This document shows, one piece after another, positions 1-13,330 of a stretch of 64,000 bases of DNA; the first letter of the stretch is position 1; each line of letters begins with the position of its first letter. The stretch covers positions 13,456,001 to 13,520,000 of the forward strand of contig NC_087263.1 in assembly GCF_037042905.1 (NCBI RefSeq), given 5' to 3'. A model generated the notes under the pieces. The model was given only the letters and a program-made list of their open reading frames with translations, made no database searches and was not told the DNA's origin. The position numbers and the translations under genes were made by a program. This stretch comes from Lytechinus pictus. Its lineage: Eukaryota.

Positions 1-25
1 ATATTTCTATTTTCTACACCTTTAA

Positions 26-497
26 AGGGGAAGTTCACCCTGGCGAAAAGTTTATAAAGGTTAAAAATATTTAGAAATATTGGTGAAAGTTTGAGTAAAA
101 TCCGTTAAAATTTAAGAAGGTTATTAGAATGTCAAGTTTTTTATTTATGACGTCATATACGAGCAGCTGTCCCACATGCTATGTAATACAAAATACATGA
201 ATTTCAATTTTTTAGTGGTTCAAGATGACAATTTTTTTTACTTTCAGGAACATACTAACTTAAATGTTACGATAAAAGTCTATTTTCAATTTTTGGAGAA
301 AGCGATATTCCATTCATTTTTTTTAGTTCACGATACATGTCAATCTGCTCGCATGTGACGTCACATATAAAAATATAAAATCCTAATAACTTTTTGAATA
401 TTTGATGGATTTTCCCCAAACCTTCACCAATATTCTTTATTATTTTTGTGTTGCTATTTTTTTTACAACAAACATTTGTCAGGGTGAGCTTTTCCCT
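26..497. mobile_element. Non-autonomous TIR element flanked by TTAA (Kolobok-like)
   Basis: TTAA|AGGGGAAGTTCACCCTG ... CAGGGTGAGCTTTTCCCT|TTAA; related partial copies at ~44700-45085 and ~46430-46780. Confidence 0.7.
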
Positions 498-1447
498 TTA
501 AAGCACGATCAAAGAGCGAAGTTCACTTAAAAAAAAACTCAAATAAATGTAAACATACATTTGACATTTTGGGCTTCCCATAAGTTAAGCGCTGACTGAG
601 ACAATGGTCTAAGTTAAACCAGTCTCCAGAATGCGAGCCAATATCATTTTAATATGTTTGATGCCATGTTTGTTCCACTAACACCATACGGCTGAATAAC
701 TTACTTGCAAGACTAGAGGTACATAAATATATGTTTTTCATTATTTTGTTAAAATGGTTGAAGTGAATTGAGACTGATCAGTCATTGAGGAATTGCATTT
801 TTTTCAAGTTTGCATTATAGCGAACAAAAGTAATAGCATTCGTGCCTTCAGATTTTTTCACCATCCATAACAAACATAAATTGACAGAATACAATGACAC
901 GTGGTAGAAACCAAGCATTTAAAAATATGTCCCTTACGTAGGTAAGCAATTCGAATAAGTAAAACATGGCTCGAAAAAAAACATTCATAAAACTAAAACA
1001 AAAACTAAAATAAAGATATAGACGTAATTTGCATCTCAAAATAAAAATAAAACGTAATCATGCACCTCAATTATGAAGAGTACTTCAAAGAATTCGTTCC
1101 ATTATCCTTCCAATCGCATCTTATCTAATTTTGAGGGAAGCATACGCCTATCATGGAAAAAAAATCCACAACATGAGGTAAGGAGGAGATAATCAGATAT
1201 ATGTAAAATGGTCAAATCATTATTTCATTACAGTGTGTGTAAATCATTTTTGCCAATTTGAAGACCTCTATATAGAAAGTGTCGCAAGGTTTTTCAACTT
1301 CCATAACTCTCTTCTTTCAGAACCGATTTTGATTTAACTTGTTTCAAATTGGTCCTCTTATTATATTCTTCCCAATAAGATTGCCTCCCTCCTTGGGTTT
1401 GGGTTTCGTTTGATTACACTAGCAAGAAGATATTACATGGACTCGTA

Positions 1448-1661
1448 CAGTGGCAGAACCAGGAGGGGGGGGGGGGCACATCCGGTCCGTGCCCTCCTTT
1501 TGAGAGCCCTAATCAAAATTTGTAATGTAAATATGCCGTTTTTACCCAAGTCTGCACCTCTTATGAAAGTGAAGACCTTTCTTTTATTTTTCTTTCTTCT
1601 TTTCTTTGCATTTTCATTGGGGGAAAATGTGTCCCCCAGGAAAATCCTGAATCTGCTCCTT
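1448..1661. mobile_element. Short degenerate hAT-like MITE
   Basis: Starts CAGTGGC with a G-run; flanks gactcgta/gactcgtg (7/8 TSD). Confidence 0.45.
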
Positions 1662-1930
1662 GACTCGTGTACCAGTAAGTTGATGTTTGTGATCTTGACA
1701 TAATTTGAAGTACGATCTTTTCTCACTTTGGGGGCTATGCCATTGATCAGAGTTGATGGGTTCAATTGCTCCGAGTATCGAAGTGTACCAAGGACGACGA
1801 TTTGATATACAGTGAATATCAAAGAAAAACAAGTTTAACACTTTGATAAAGTCCTTAAAACTTTGCAATAAATTATGGGAATAATTATGTTCTTTGGCTT
1901 CTGTTTCTTCTATCAGTTGAGATTATGATG

Positions 1931-2213
1931 CAGTGGCGCAACGAGCAAAAAAAAAAAGAATAAATAAATAAATTTAAAGATATTAAGAAGGCTAGATATG
2001 GTGATCGGGCAAAATTGGTATAAACGATGCGAGCGAGCAAAAAAAATATAATCAAAATATCAAATTTTGTGATAGATTTTGACATAATATTAAGAAAATA
2101 TCACATCTCACCCTTCTCCCTTTTCTTTATTTTTCTTGGTCAGGATTTTTTTCGGGGGGGGGGGGGGGGGGGGCAAGCGCTCCCAAGGCCCCACCCCCAT
2201 ATGTACGCTACTG
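1931..2213. mobile_element. hAT-like MITE
   Basis: Termini CAGTGGCGCA ... TACGCTACTG; flanks ttatgatg/gtgtgatg (6/8). Confidence 0.5.
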
Positions 2214-3099
2214 GTGTGATGATTGAAAGAATTAAGCCGCTGGAAGGCAATGGAACGATTTCACTGTGCTCAAGGGTTTCTTTGCATCCCTTAATCCGTG
2301 AAAATAAAACAGACACATTGCGAGCGATGCTGCAGTCACATTTCCCCCACGGTGGCCGCACGACGAGTCGAAAACAACCGTTTTATTTATTTTTATTCAA
2401 ACCACCTACATGTAGCTGGTGCAAAAATGGCTAAAACGGCTGTTTTGACTCGCCATACGGCCGCCGTAGGAGAAATGTGACTGTCCATGAAAATTAGTAA
2501 ACAGACACATCCATCGCAACTTATTTGAACTACTTTGGTATCAAGAATAACACTTATAACCAATGGAAGTACATTTTTTAGGTTGATTGGGCCAGCAGGA
2601 GCTGATAGCCATACAGTCGAATATTTCAATTTAAATAAAAGTTCATTTAAAACATCTTTAGAATTTCTTCTTAATAACGTCTTGTTCTTTTATATGGGAT
2701 TTACATTTCACACTTAATTTCATTTTTTAATCTGCCTTTTCCCACTTCAAGGAATAAGAAATTGAAATATGCCTATTTCATGCGGTTCACATCTACATAA
2801 AACATATATATCGAAATGAGTTTGCGGGGGCGGATCCAGTTTCGCCAAAATATTGATAAACTTTAAACTTCAATAACTTTATTATTTGTTATCCGATTTT
2901 GATGAAATTTTCGGCATTTTGCTCAGTGAATTCTACTCTATGTATTAAGATATAAATATTTTTTAGCCCGGACCATCCCTTTAAGGACTATTTGCAGTTA
3001 GCCATGAAGACAATACATTACATCAACAATCGAATAATGCGACCTAATATTTCCACCTAAAAATTGACATTCTAAGCGCATTTTGTAATCAAGAACAGA

Positions 3100-3960
3100 A
3101 TAATAACTAAACAATGGAAGCGCGAAGGACGAGCGGAAAAAAAAACAAATGAGATTTAGATCTCAAAATGGGACACTTGAAAATGATATGTAATTGGGTA
3201 TCTTTCTACAATAATAATGCAAGCGCAAAGCGCGAGTAAAACATTTTTGATATTCTGATCTGGATAATTTAAGCATGTTTTAAATGAAGAACAATCTGCG
3301 TATCTACAGAATCTGGGCTTTCTAAATACATGTTTTATCATGAAAATCAATAATGCGAGCGCGTAGCGCGAGCTTAAGATATTCCGATATGGAATAGGGT
3401 AAATGTAAGCACTAATTCTAGCACAGTGTAGAAAAAAATTGAAATGGATATGGATCGCACTTAATAAATGATGCGAGCGCAAAGTGCGAGCTGATATTTT
3501 TTAAAATTATGATTATTTTGACCTAGGAAAAAGACATTAAAGGAAATTTTGTTATATGAAAAATGATCTTCCTATTCCTCTTTCTTACATGTAAGAGTGA
3601 AATAATACTTGTCGATATTCCATTCTGAAAAAGGAACAATTATTCAATTATTAGGAATTCATGAAAATGTTATTATCTTATTAATGTAATAAACCTAATG
3701 AGAGCACGACATTTGTTGATGTTGAGATCTGAAAACTTGACATTTTAACACTTTTGTGATTATGAATACGATGCGAGCGCAAGTTGCGAGCAGAAATTTA
3801 AGGGGATTTTAAGTAGTTTGTTTAAAACAGAGGTGTACATTACTCACCAATCAAAATGTGAGCGCGCAGAACTAGCTGATAGGCTTTGACAATTAATCTT
3901 GTAAACATGGTAAAGGGATATTTTGATAACTTTATCATGTTTATGGAATACGCGAAGAGA
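3100..3960. repeat. Internal fragment of the GCGAGCGCGAAGCGCGAGC-motif MITE family
   Basis: Repeated GCGAGCGC(G)AAG(C/T)GCGAGC motifs at ~100-150 bp spacing, the same as in 5682-6856 and 20017-20831. Confidence 0.6.
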
Positions 3961-4049
3961 ATAGGTATGTATGGTTATCTCGACAATGTGATAAACGTGC
4001 CGATACACTCACGCCGGAGTGCTGATTTTTGTAGTTCAACTTAGAACTA

Positions 4050-4252
4050 CACTCCAAAATATGAAGTGCTAATTTAGCACTTAGGGAACTTGTATTCTGA
4101 CTGCTCTCCGGAGTGCTGCTTTTTCTAAATCACATTTGAACGAGAAAAATCAGCACTCCGAAGTGCATGAACAAGAAAAATCAGCACTAGGAAGTGTTGT
4201 TACTATGCAAGCTCTGTAAGTGCTAACAGTTAGCACTTCATTTTTTGGAGTG
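4050..4252. mobile_element. MITE with CACT...AGTG termini and TA TSD
   Basis: TA|CACTCCAAAATATGAAGTGCTAA ... TTAGCACTTCATTTTTTGGAGTG|TA. Confidence 0.7.
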
Positions 4253-5269
4253 TACAGACCTTGGGGGTCAATTAAAAAGGGTCAGCTGTATACCAGTAAG
4301 TCGATGTTCATACAATTTGAAGTGTGATTTTTACAGTTTTGAAGGGATATATGATCGGCATCAATGGGTGTTAAGTCCCTTGCGGTGGGTATTGTACTAT
4401 GGATGGGTATTTGATATCATAGAGGCCTTGAGTTCCTCCTCTAAAGATAAAACATCTTCAAATCCATGTCAAAGTATTACAAAAAATTGAGACAGGTTAG
4501 ATAAGATAGAAATTAGGGAAATTCTCAAAGATTCAAATGGATTAGGGTAGAAAGTGTCCTGTTTTCAAAAACATTTAAAAATATGGAGCTGGAATCTGCA
4601 AGTATCACCGAGGAACATGCCTCGACGTCAATCTTTTTTGTGTTTATCATACACTTAGGATTATCTAAGTGCCTATTTCATTTGCAAAGGCGGTGCACTT
4701 ATAAGAACTTTCAAATAAATTTCTTTGAATAAACTTTGTTTTGATTGTTAATATCACCTTGAGTAGTATAACACGGCGTATAATTGTAATGTTATTATTA
4801 AAGAAAATTATTTCATTCATTATGCATTGCATAAATCAATTTTTTTTACTTTGAAACGTTGTATGTAAAATAATCTATTTTGTTCATCTATAAAACATGT
4901 ACAATCATTAATATATAATTTTCACCTCTGTTTTGATCTGTGAGTTATTCCATTACACATGATCGTTGATATTAATATCAGACAAATTAGGAGAAAATTT
5001 CAAATATCTCTTACGAGTAAAATTTATTTTCATTTTCAATATTTTGGTGCCATCTTAAAGCCCCGAAGGTTGGAAAGTTATGTTCATTTCTTTAATCAGT
5101 TTTCCTTTAAAATATTTCCGTACTCGTGTAATATTTTACCAACGCAATTTTCAGACCGGAAAATATTAAAGGTCATGAATCCTTATTATTGTTATTAATA
5201 CCATTATCATTATTATAATCATCATAAAATGGCACCCGAATACCTCTATAGTTTACTTAGATCCCCACA

Positions 5270-5570
5270 CCGGCCACATTATTGACTTCGTTCTAGTAAA
5301 GACACTACAATTTTACAAATTCCTAGAGTTGTTTCAAAAGGGGGGGGGGGGAGCTAGTTTTGATTTTTGCGGTCCCAAATTATGGAATAGTTTACCAATT
5401 CACCTTCGATCATGTACTTCTGTTGAATCTTTTGAAAGAAATTTGAAAACATATTTATTTTTGTTGTAGTGTAACTGTAATATTGAAGAGCAATTTGTAC
5501 AAAGCGCATAGAGCAATTTCAATTGATTATGCGTTATATAAGAACCAATTTATTATTATTAATTTATTAT
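5270..5570 (+). mobile_element. 3' end fragment of L2/CR1-group LINE
   Basis: Translates to GPKLWNSLPIHLRSCTSVESFERNLKTYLF (LINE ORF2 C-terminus), followed by a 3' UTR and (TAT)n tail. Confidence 0.75.
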
Positions 5571-5681
5571 CATTATTATCATTACCATTGTTATTATTAT
5601 CATTATAATCATCATCATTGTTGGTATTTTTACTATTGTTGTTGTTGTATTTATTTGTTTGGCGTCACCTGTGCCTTCTAT

Positions 5682-6856
5682 CAGTGGCGTAACTACGGGG
5701 GGGGGCACGTGCCCCCCAATCGGCTGACAAAAAACAAAAACACAAAAAAAAAAACGGGGAAAAGAAGAAAAAGAGGGAGAAAGAAAGAGAAACGAAGTGG
5801 GAAAGAAGAACTTCTTATTCATTATAATTTTATATTATAACTATGTTATGTTACATTACATAATAAACTTTTTTATCATAACTTTATGAAACATAATTTT
5901 CTCAGGGCCTATGTCTTCACTGTTCTTGGTGCTTGCATTGTCTGTTTAATGATATATATAATCCTGCTGTACTAAAACCTACCGTTTCCAAGTCAATATA
6001 CACCAAATATATTTCCTCGCACTTCTAGTTATCATTGTTTTATGTAGTAACAAATGCTTCTTTTTCATGACTACTTAAAGTGATTGCCCCATGTTAAGGT
6101 CTTAATATAAAACATTTCCTGTCCGTGATTACGTTCGCATTAGTGGATTGGTGAGATATGTCTGCTCTCCATGAATACGGATCAGTCCTCGAAATGACCC
6201 TTTTTTTCTGATGTGAATATCAAAAAATTTCAGCTCGCGCTTCGCGCTCGCATCACTTGATTAGTGAAATACGTATGGTCTTCGTGAATTCCTACAAACA
6301 AGCCTTAAAATGTCCCTCTTCAGGTCTGAATTATCTTTATTTTCAGCTCGCGCTTCGCGCTCGCAATGTTTGATTAGTGAGATGCGTATGATATTCATGA
6401 TTACAATAACTACAAGTGCTTCATGTGTTTAGATGTAATTCTAACAAAATCAACAAGCGCATAATTGGCACTCGCATTAGATGACTATGGTTAGATATGT
6501 ATACTCTTAATGGATTCCTAAAATATATATAGTCCTTAAAATCTCCTTGTTTGGGGTCAATATATACAAGAATTTCAGCTCGCGCTTTGCGCTCGCATTG
6601 CTTAGCGAGACGGGTACGTATCATGATTACAAAAATGTGATTATGTCCCTTTTTAGGTCTGAATATCAAAGTTTTCAGCTCGCGCTTCGCGCTCGCATTA
6701 TTTGATTAGTGAGATACATCCGTTTAATGGCATTGTCTTTAAAATGTCTCTATTAGGTCAGTATACCTTGCAACTGAGCGCGCTTCGCGCGCTCACGAAG
6801 TGACTCAAAATTTTAGCTGGTGCCCCCCCAATGCCGTGACCCACGGTACGCCACTG
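5682..6856. mobile_element. hAT-type non-autonomous element with 8-bp TSD
   Basis: TIR CAGTGGCGTA/TACGCCACTG; perfect TSD CCTTCTAT at 5674-5681 and 6857-6864; internal GCTCGCGCTTCGCGCTCGC repeats. Confidence 0.85.
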
Positions 6857-6864
6857 CCTTCTAT

Positions 6865-8200
6865 ATAGATAAAGTTATTACGTGGTTTAATTCTTATCTC
6901 AATGATAGAACCCAAAGTAGCTGTACGAGGCACTCTCTCAGATGAGCAATCTGTTTCGCTAGGAGTACCACAAGGGTCCGTCCTTGGGCCGCTCCTTTTC
7001 TTGATATACATCGACGATTTGGTTCATACCCTGAAATATTGTAGTATTACCATGTACGCAGACGACACCACATTATATGTTCACAGTACGTCTGCACAAG
7101 ATATTCAATATAAGCTTCAAGATGATATGAGTTCCTTAAAAGAATGGTTAAACGTAAATAAACTAAAACTTAACACGGATAAAACAAAGTTTATGTTAAT
7201 AGGGACACCCCAAAAGCTATCTAATATTTCTATGGAAAATGTAATTATCAAATTTAATGTAGATGTTATAGAACGGTGTACAACGATAAAATGTCTTGGA
7301 GTCATAATTGATCAACACCTATCTTGGTCATACCAAGTTGATAATGTATGTAAAAAGGTGTATGCCAGCCTAAGTATGCTAAGAAGGGTTATGCCTTATG
7401 TTGACCAAAATACCCTCAAGACTCTATACCTATGTTTAGTCCAATCACACCTTGATTATTGCTGTGAAATCTGGGGGTTGCGTTTCAATATGCACACAGA
7501 TCGTATAATCAAACTTCAAAAATGTAATTTTTATACCCCCTCAAAAGAAATGTTTCGTGAACTCCAATGGCTCCCCTTCAACGATCGCGTTACCTATTTC
7601 AAGTGTATTTTTATGTATAGATGTATCAATGGTCTGTCATCGGAATTCTATCGTAATGTGTTTACTTTTGCAAGTGATTCTCATTGTTTTAACACTAGAT
7701 ATGCAGCAAAAGATAATTTGATCACCCCAAAAACTCATACCGAAATTTTTAAACACTCTTTATCTTACTCAGCGATTTTACTTTGGAACAACTTGCCATT
7801 TAATTTGAAACAGTCAAAATCTCTATCAATCTTTAAACAGAAACTGAAAGTGCATCTTTTTAAATTTTAAATTTTATTTTTGCCTTTTAATTTGAAATCA
7901 ACTTTTCTATGTCTATCTAATTTATTTTATCTATATGCATTGCTTTGTATGTAATTTGTTAATTAGTATCATGTTTTTTAAGGATGCAGTATGCTTGCTA
8001 CTCTGTTTTCTGTTATGATATGAGTTAAGTTATTTAGAATATTTCTGTGTATATTTCATATGTATTTAAATGTTTTTATACTTGTTTTTATACTTGTTTT
8101 TATCATGTATTCCAGGGCCCCACGGGAGACCAGTTTATTGCTGAGTGGGCTACCCTGGTTAAATATATTGAAATAAATGATAAATAATAAATAAATAAAT
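6865..8200 (+). mobile_element. 5'-truncated CR1/L2-group LINE (RT C-terminal half, ORF 6902-7870)
   Basis: GVPQGSVLGPLLF, YADDT, LWNNLP motifs; 3' UTR stem-loop at ~8112-8158 and (TAAA)n tail to ~8200. Confidence 0.9.
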
Positions 8201-8249
8201 AGAAGAAGCACCATGTATTCATCGGCGATCACAATTACAAGGACACAAC

Positions 8250-8460
8250 TGCACTGATTGGCTAGAGTTTGCAGTGATGGGCGGGACTTAATCCACCTGT
8301 CTACCAATTAGAATTTAAGAAACATGATGCAGCTCTCTTGTTTCCTTCGAGTTATATTCAACCACGTTCCTTCTAGCAATTCAGAAAGCAGTTCAGGTTG
8401 CAAAGAACACAGTCGACATACAGATGAGAGAATCACCGCGAAGAAGAAGACGAAACAAAG
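8250..8460 (+). promoter_or_regulatory. Candidate promoter and non-coding first exon of the MACPF-ApeC gene
   Basis: ATTGG 8257, GC box ~8278-8285, TAATCC 8289-8294, CCAAT 8304, then donor-like AAG|GTAAAA at 8460/8461; the first coding exon is preceded by an acceptor, which implies an upstream exon. Link is inferred. Confidence 0.3.
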
Positions 8461-10127
8461 GTAAAAAAAAACCTATACTTAGCAATTCTTCTGGTGTATT
8501 TCTAGAGTCCATTGACAAAGGTTTTCGTTTTAACATTCGTGCGTTGCCGTGTAGCCTAATTTGATGTAATTTGTTGTTGTTTTTGTTGTTCTGCAGGGGT
8601 GTAAATCCGACCCGATTTTTCTGAACAGAGGTAATGTTACTGCTATCTCTCTTTGTGTGGTGATAGTTGGTGATAGTTTAACCCTGTGCTTCTCGAACTA
8701 TATTTTGATGTTGATAAATGCTCTGATGTATTATCTTTTTAATGCCAATACAAAAAATAAGTTTGTCCATGCTTGAGTGAACACGGGACGTTTTTGTCAG
8801 GGGTAAAAAGAAATGGCAGGAACATTAGAAAATATTAATCAGAATTCTTGCTCAGCGGACTTCCTCTTAACCTTATCATTATCTTTGCCATTTTTTAATC
8901 ATTGTTACAAAATCCATTTAAAAAGCTATTAATTTACCGAATTATTATTTTTTTCATTGAAATGTTAGCATAGCTTTTAAAATTGAATACTCCTTCATAA
9001 GAGAGATGAAATTGTCAACCAAAGCAAGGAGGTTTGCATTATTAATAGGGAGAGCTTGTAATGTAATCAGATCAATTTATTACTGAAACCATGGCCGTTC
9101 GCAGAAATTTCTTTGGTAGGGGGGGGGGGGGGCTGGACGCATACAATTTTTCAAAGAAACTCGAGAGCAACAGAGCGAAGCAACCGGGCTTGTCTTTGGG
9201 TCTATTTTGCGTTGATCTTGAAGGATTTCATGCACACCTTTGGTGATTTTTAAAAAAAATATTTTTTTTTCATTAAAATATGCTAGTTTTCACATCTTCT
9301 GGGGGACAACTGGCCCCTGCCACCCTTGTGTACTAGTCTGCAGGCACAGGTCCTGATTGAAGCTTTGATCAGCAAGTGTGTCTCCACGCAAAGACTAGCA
9401 CATATAAAACTCCCTGAGCGAGAGGGCCTTCAGTAAACAAGGCATGAGTAGGCTGCACATTCAGACCCTTAACTCGAGTGAAGGGTTTGCACAGCAGACT
9501 ACCTGCGTACGGCAATGTGTGCAACAAAGGTCATGGTGCCTTTGAAAGACATGAATCCTATTGTCAATTATGTTCTTGACAGGACACGTGTCTTTAAAAT
9601 GCACCATAATTTTTGTAACAAACAATGAAAGGATTTTACCAAGCTCTCCCACTCATAATGCAAATCCTCTTACTTGGGTTGACATTTTTTGTTTTTCCTT
9701 AATAGAATATTCAAAGTTTATAAAATATATCATAAAAAAGCAATTCAAGTAAATAAATAGCTTTGTAAGTGAATTTTCACAGCATAATTCGAAAATTATG
9801 GCAATTGGCAAAGATAATGAAAAGGTTGAGAGGAAGTTTGCTGATTAGCAAGAAGTCTGATGATTTAGGCGCAACCCTTTTTATGAACCTCTAACAAAAA
9901 ATTTCGTGAACGAAACTTATTTTTTTCCAATTGCATTTCAAAATTAAAGCTTCAAAACATTTATTAACGTCATCATATAAACATCATAATTTGAAGCAAA
10001 ATTTCGACAGCCTTTTCAAAACCGTCCCGTTTTTATTTTTATACGCACTTTATAGTGTTCTTGTATTTGTTTTACCATTTATTGTTATGTCTTGATCTTG
10101 TAACGTTCTCATAAGTACTCTTCCTGG

Positions 10128-10292
10128 TGGCTGTTTCATAAAGCTGTTCGTATGTTAAGAGTGACTTTAAGAACGACTGGTGATCCTTTCTTGTGGTAAA
10201 TGGTATATTCATTGGCGATGGTTTTGCACGTAAGAATGGTTCACCAGTCTTTCTTAAAGTCGTTCTTAACTTACGAACAGCTTTAAGAAATG
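10128..10292. mobile_element. Palindromic MITE
   Basis: ~65-bp arms: AAAGCTGTTCGTATGTTAAGAGTGACTTTAAGAACGACTGGTGA vs TCACCAGTCTTTCTTAAAGTCGTTCTTAACTTACGAACAGCTTT. Confidence 0.7.
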
Positions 10293-10469
10293 CCCCCCCC
10301 CCCCCTGGATCGTTCAATTCGTGGTGTCCCGTTGGTTTGACTTGTCATATCTTGATATTTTTCCAGCCTCATCTGTCTATTATGTTGTTGGAGATCATGA
10401 TTATAATTAAAGGATATTATTTACTTTTTATTTCATATGAAGTTAGATTTGAATAATTTGTATATTTTA

Positions 10470-10884
10470 AGGCCACCGCACACCTTACGACTGTTCGCGA
10501 TCCGAGTTTGGAACAAATCGCATTTTGCTCATTTTCTAAAAATGTGAATGGAACATATCATTTTATTTGAGGTTAAAAGTAATTGAAAGAATACTAATAT
10601 AACCATTTTGAAAGATTGCAAGCCTTTATTTCGGAGTAAAGGCCAATTTAGTTTCAAATCGTAGCCAATCGTACGACTGCTATGACGTCATTACGACTAG
10701 ATATTAAATTCGCTTTTATTCTAAGAAGGATGATAGCATAGTCACATATTTGAACATAGATATTCGTACGACGATTTAGAACATTACGCAGTAAGATATT
10801 CCTAGTCTCAATGTTAGCATCAAATCCTGCTACATTTTATTCTGAAATCGGGTCGCAGACCAATCGTAAGGTGTGCGGTCGCCT
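10470..10884. mobile_element. PIF/Harbinger-like MITE
   Basis: TIR AGGCCACCGCACACCTTACGA / TCGTAAGGTGTGCGGTCGCCT; TTA TSD on both sides. Confidence 0.75.
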
Positions 10885-11090
10885 TTATAGAATGTAGGAA
10901 TGTTGTATTTTTGTATCACTTGTACGATTATTTTAGGGGAACCTTCAATAACAAGCTATATACTTTCCAGAAGGTTCACATTTTATTTCATTTTGTAATA
11001 TCTCGCATTATTTTGTAAGTTTATTGTTGAACTTGAAGTTAAGTAAATCATATTAATAATTAAATAAACCAATCAATCAATCCATCAGCT

Positions 11091-11552
11091 AAACAGTTAT
11101 ATGCACATCCTGCTCGGTATGCTAATAAAGAGACTAATGACGTTATTCACTCACTATTTCTTTTGTATTTTATTGTATGAAATATTCTATTTTTTTCCTC
11201 ATTGTCAAGTGAAACAACGATTAATTCCTCCCTGAACATGTAGAATTAGCATTATATAATACTTTATGGTTCCGTCAGGTTCGCCCTTATTGTCAATTCT
11301 GTAAAAAAATGTAGTAATGAATAATTCAAACAATAAAAAAACAAAAGAATAGTGAGTTAAGGACATCATTGCCTATCTCATTTGCATGTCACTGAGTTGT
11401 GCATGTCACTGTTTGGTGAAAAATAAGCGAAACTTTAAAATGTTATAACTTTCTTATTTTTCCATCCAATTTTGATGAATTTTTCAGTGTTATGCTAGTT
11501 TGATTTTTCTCTATTTCTTAAAACAACAATTTTTCTGGGGTGGACTTGTCCT
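11091..11552. mobile_element. Truncated copy of the TTAA-flanked element at 31859-32449
   Basis: Colinear similarity with 31995-32449; ends GGGGTGGACTTGTCCT|TTAA. Confidence 0.7.
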
Positions 11553-11826
11553 TTAAATGAAAGCAGAAAAGGAAAGGAAAAGAGTGATGAAGGTTTGATG
11601 AAAATCCGTCAAAGAATAAGAGCGCATTCTCAGACAGATGTTTTATTTCATATGATTATTTCCACAATAAAAGCGAAGTAAACACAGTTTGTACATCCCA
11701 AGATGATTATTAAAAATATAGCAATGTAATAAATTAATAAAGACAGTGGGATCGTGTAACTTAAAAGCTGTCTTGCGGAGGCAATCGTGAAAGCATTGCT
11801 TGTGAAATAGGTTTGCTTATAGCATG

Positions 11827-12027
11827 CAAGGGCGTAGGCAGGCGGGGGATGCACTGGCTGCACGTGCTGCACCCTCCCACTGAGCTGAGGCAGAGGAGTT
11901 CCGACACTGGCAAGCAAAACGAAATTTGTACCCCCTCTTCAGCTTTCAACAGCTGATTTTCCAAACTTTAGTTCCACCTCCCCAGAGGATGTGAACCTCC
12001 CCATCCTCAAACCAACCTACGCCCTTG
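11827..12027. mobile_element. Short MITE with 12-bp perfect TIR
   Basis: CAAGGGCGTAGG / CCTACGCCCTTG; GCATG on both flanks. Confidence 0.65.
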
Positions 12028-12435
12028 GCATGCATCGCTGTTAATAATTTTAATGAAAGTATAAAGAATCATAACACAGGATACACTATACACAAAACAA
12101 GATCTTGCTCATAGAAACATTCATGTAAGCAAATGATGCTCCCTCTCTCTGATTTTTGATTGATCTGAACCCACCCTGTAATGGACACCATAAAGACGCA
12201 GGGCGTTGAAATTTTGAGTTATTTCCTAAAAAAAATACTTGATTAACAGAAAACGCATTAACTTTCGGCTCTTTCTTGTCATCATTGATACCAATACGTG
12301 AAAATGGAGAGAGGGGGAGAGAACGGGAGGGAGAGAAGGGGGGGGGGGGATGAAAAAATACTATTTCTCACCGCATACCCGGTTCTTTGCTAATTGCTCA
12401 GCAGGTAATATTCGGGAATATATTTGAATTCCAAG

Positions 12436-12790
12436 ATGGTCGACCGCGTTAAGAGAGCCATCCTGCTGCTGGTGGTGATGATGGTAGCTGTAGATGCGCA
12501 GCTTTCAACACCAAGCGGTATCAACTTCATCGGTATCGGGTACGATATCATTGACGGTAACCCTGAGGGCAGCTTCGGAATCGGAGGTGTAGACCCAGGC
12601 CTCTTGGTCAGTCGACGGATCTTCAAACTGTCCTACGACCTTTCGAAAACGTCAAACGATAACTTGTATTCGGTTCCCGATGAGGTTGCGTTCATCCATC
12701 GCAGCAGTGCGGTCACTTCGTCCACTCATACGACGTTTTATGGGGAGTCAAGCTACGCCTCCAAGCTTTCCGCTCAAGTTGACGTCTCTG
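12436..12790 (+). CDS. MACPF-ApeC (apextrin-like) gene, coding exon 1: signal peptide and MACPF N-terminus
   Basis: MVDRVKRAILLLVVMMVAVDA signal peptide; FIGIGYDIIDGNP and VPDEV typical of MACPF N-termini; CAGCAG acceptor 12399-12404; donor G|GTAAGT, phase 1. Confidence 0.92.
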
Positions 12791-13282
12791 GTAAGTTAAC
12801 AAATCTGTTTGTAGGGTTCCATGACATTTGCTCCGGCGACAATTGCTCCGATGGAAAATCTGAACGTTAAGCCAAACCTAAAATCTATAACCTCGAAAAC
12901 TAGATAAACTCTAATCCTGATCTGTACATTATTCTGAACATGATAAAAAAGTAGTTTGGTAATCACCTTTCATTCGAGGCATCCGCCTATAGCATCGTCG
13001 TTGCTTCGTCAGGCAATCATCCAGGAAGAGTTTCACGACAGTGGGTGTTGGAGCTTGGTTCAAATGACCTTTATCTGCACAAGCCCACAATCCCAGATTT
13101 TATATCCAAATTGGATTGTTCTTACGTTACATACAACATGGCCTCATACTGATACAGCATTCTTTTACAATTAATATCTTTTTACATTTTAAACATCTTT
13201 GTGATTCATCATGTATCTTTTTTTTCTTATTTAATTTCTGACATTGGCCTATATTTCTCTGCATATATTTTTTCATCTCTAG

Positions 13283-13330
13283 GTTCTTACAGTAGCATCT
13301 TCGCCAGTGTATCATTTTCTGCCAGTGCAC
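13283..13330 (+). CDS. MACPF-ApeC exon 2 (48-nt mini-exon)
   Basis: ttcatctctAG|...C|GTAAGT; phase 1-1; encodes (G)SYSSIFASVSFSASA(R); not in the ORF track. Confidence 0.85.

Noticed and set aside
1433..1868. Minus-strand ORFs with weak similarity to ~4290-4490
   Set aside because: No recognisable domain, and the frame is not conserved between the two segments; probably old repeat remnants
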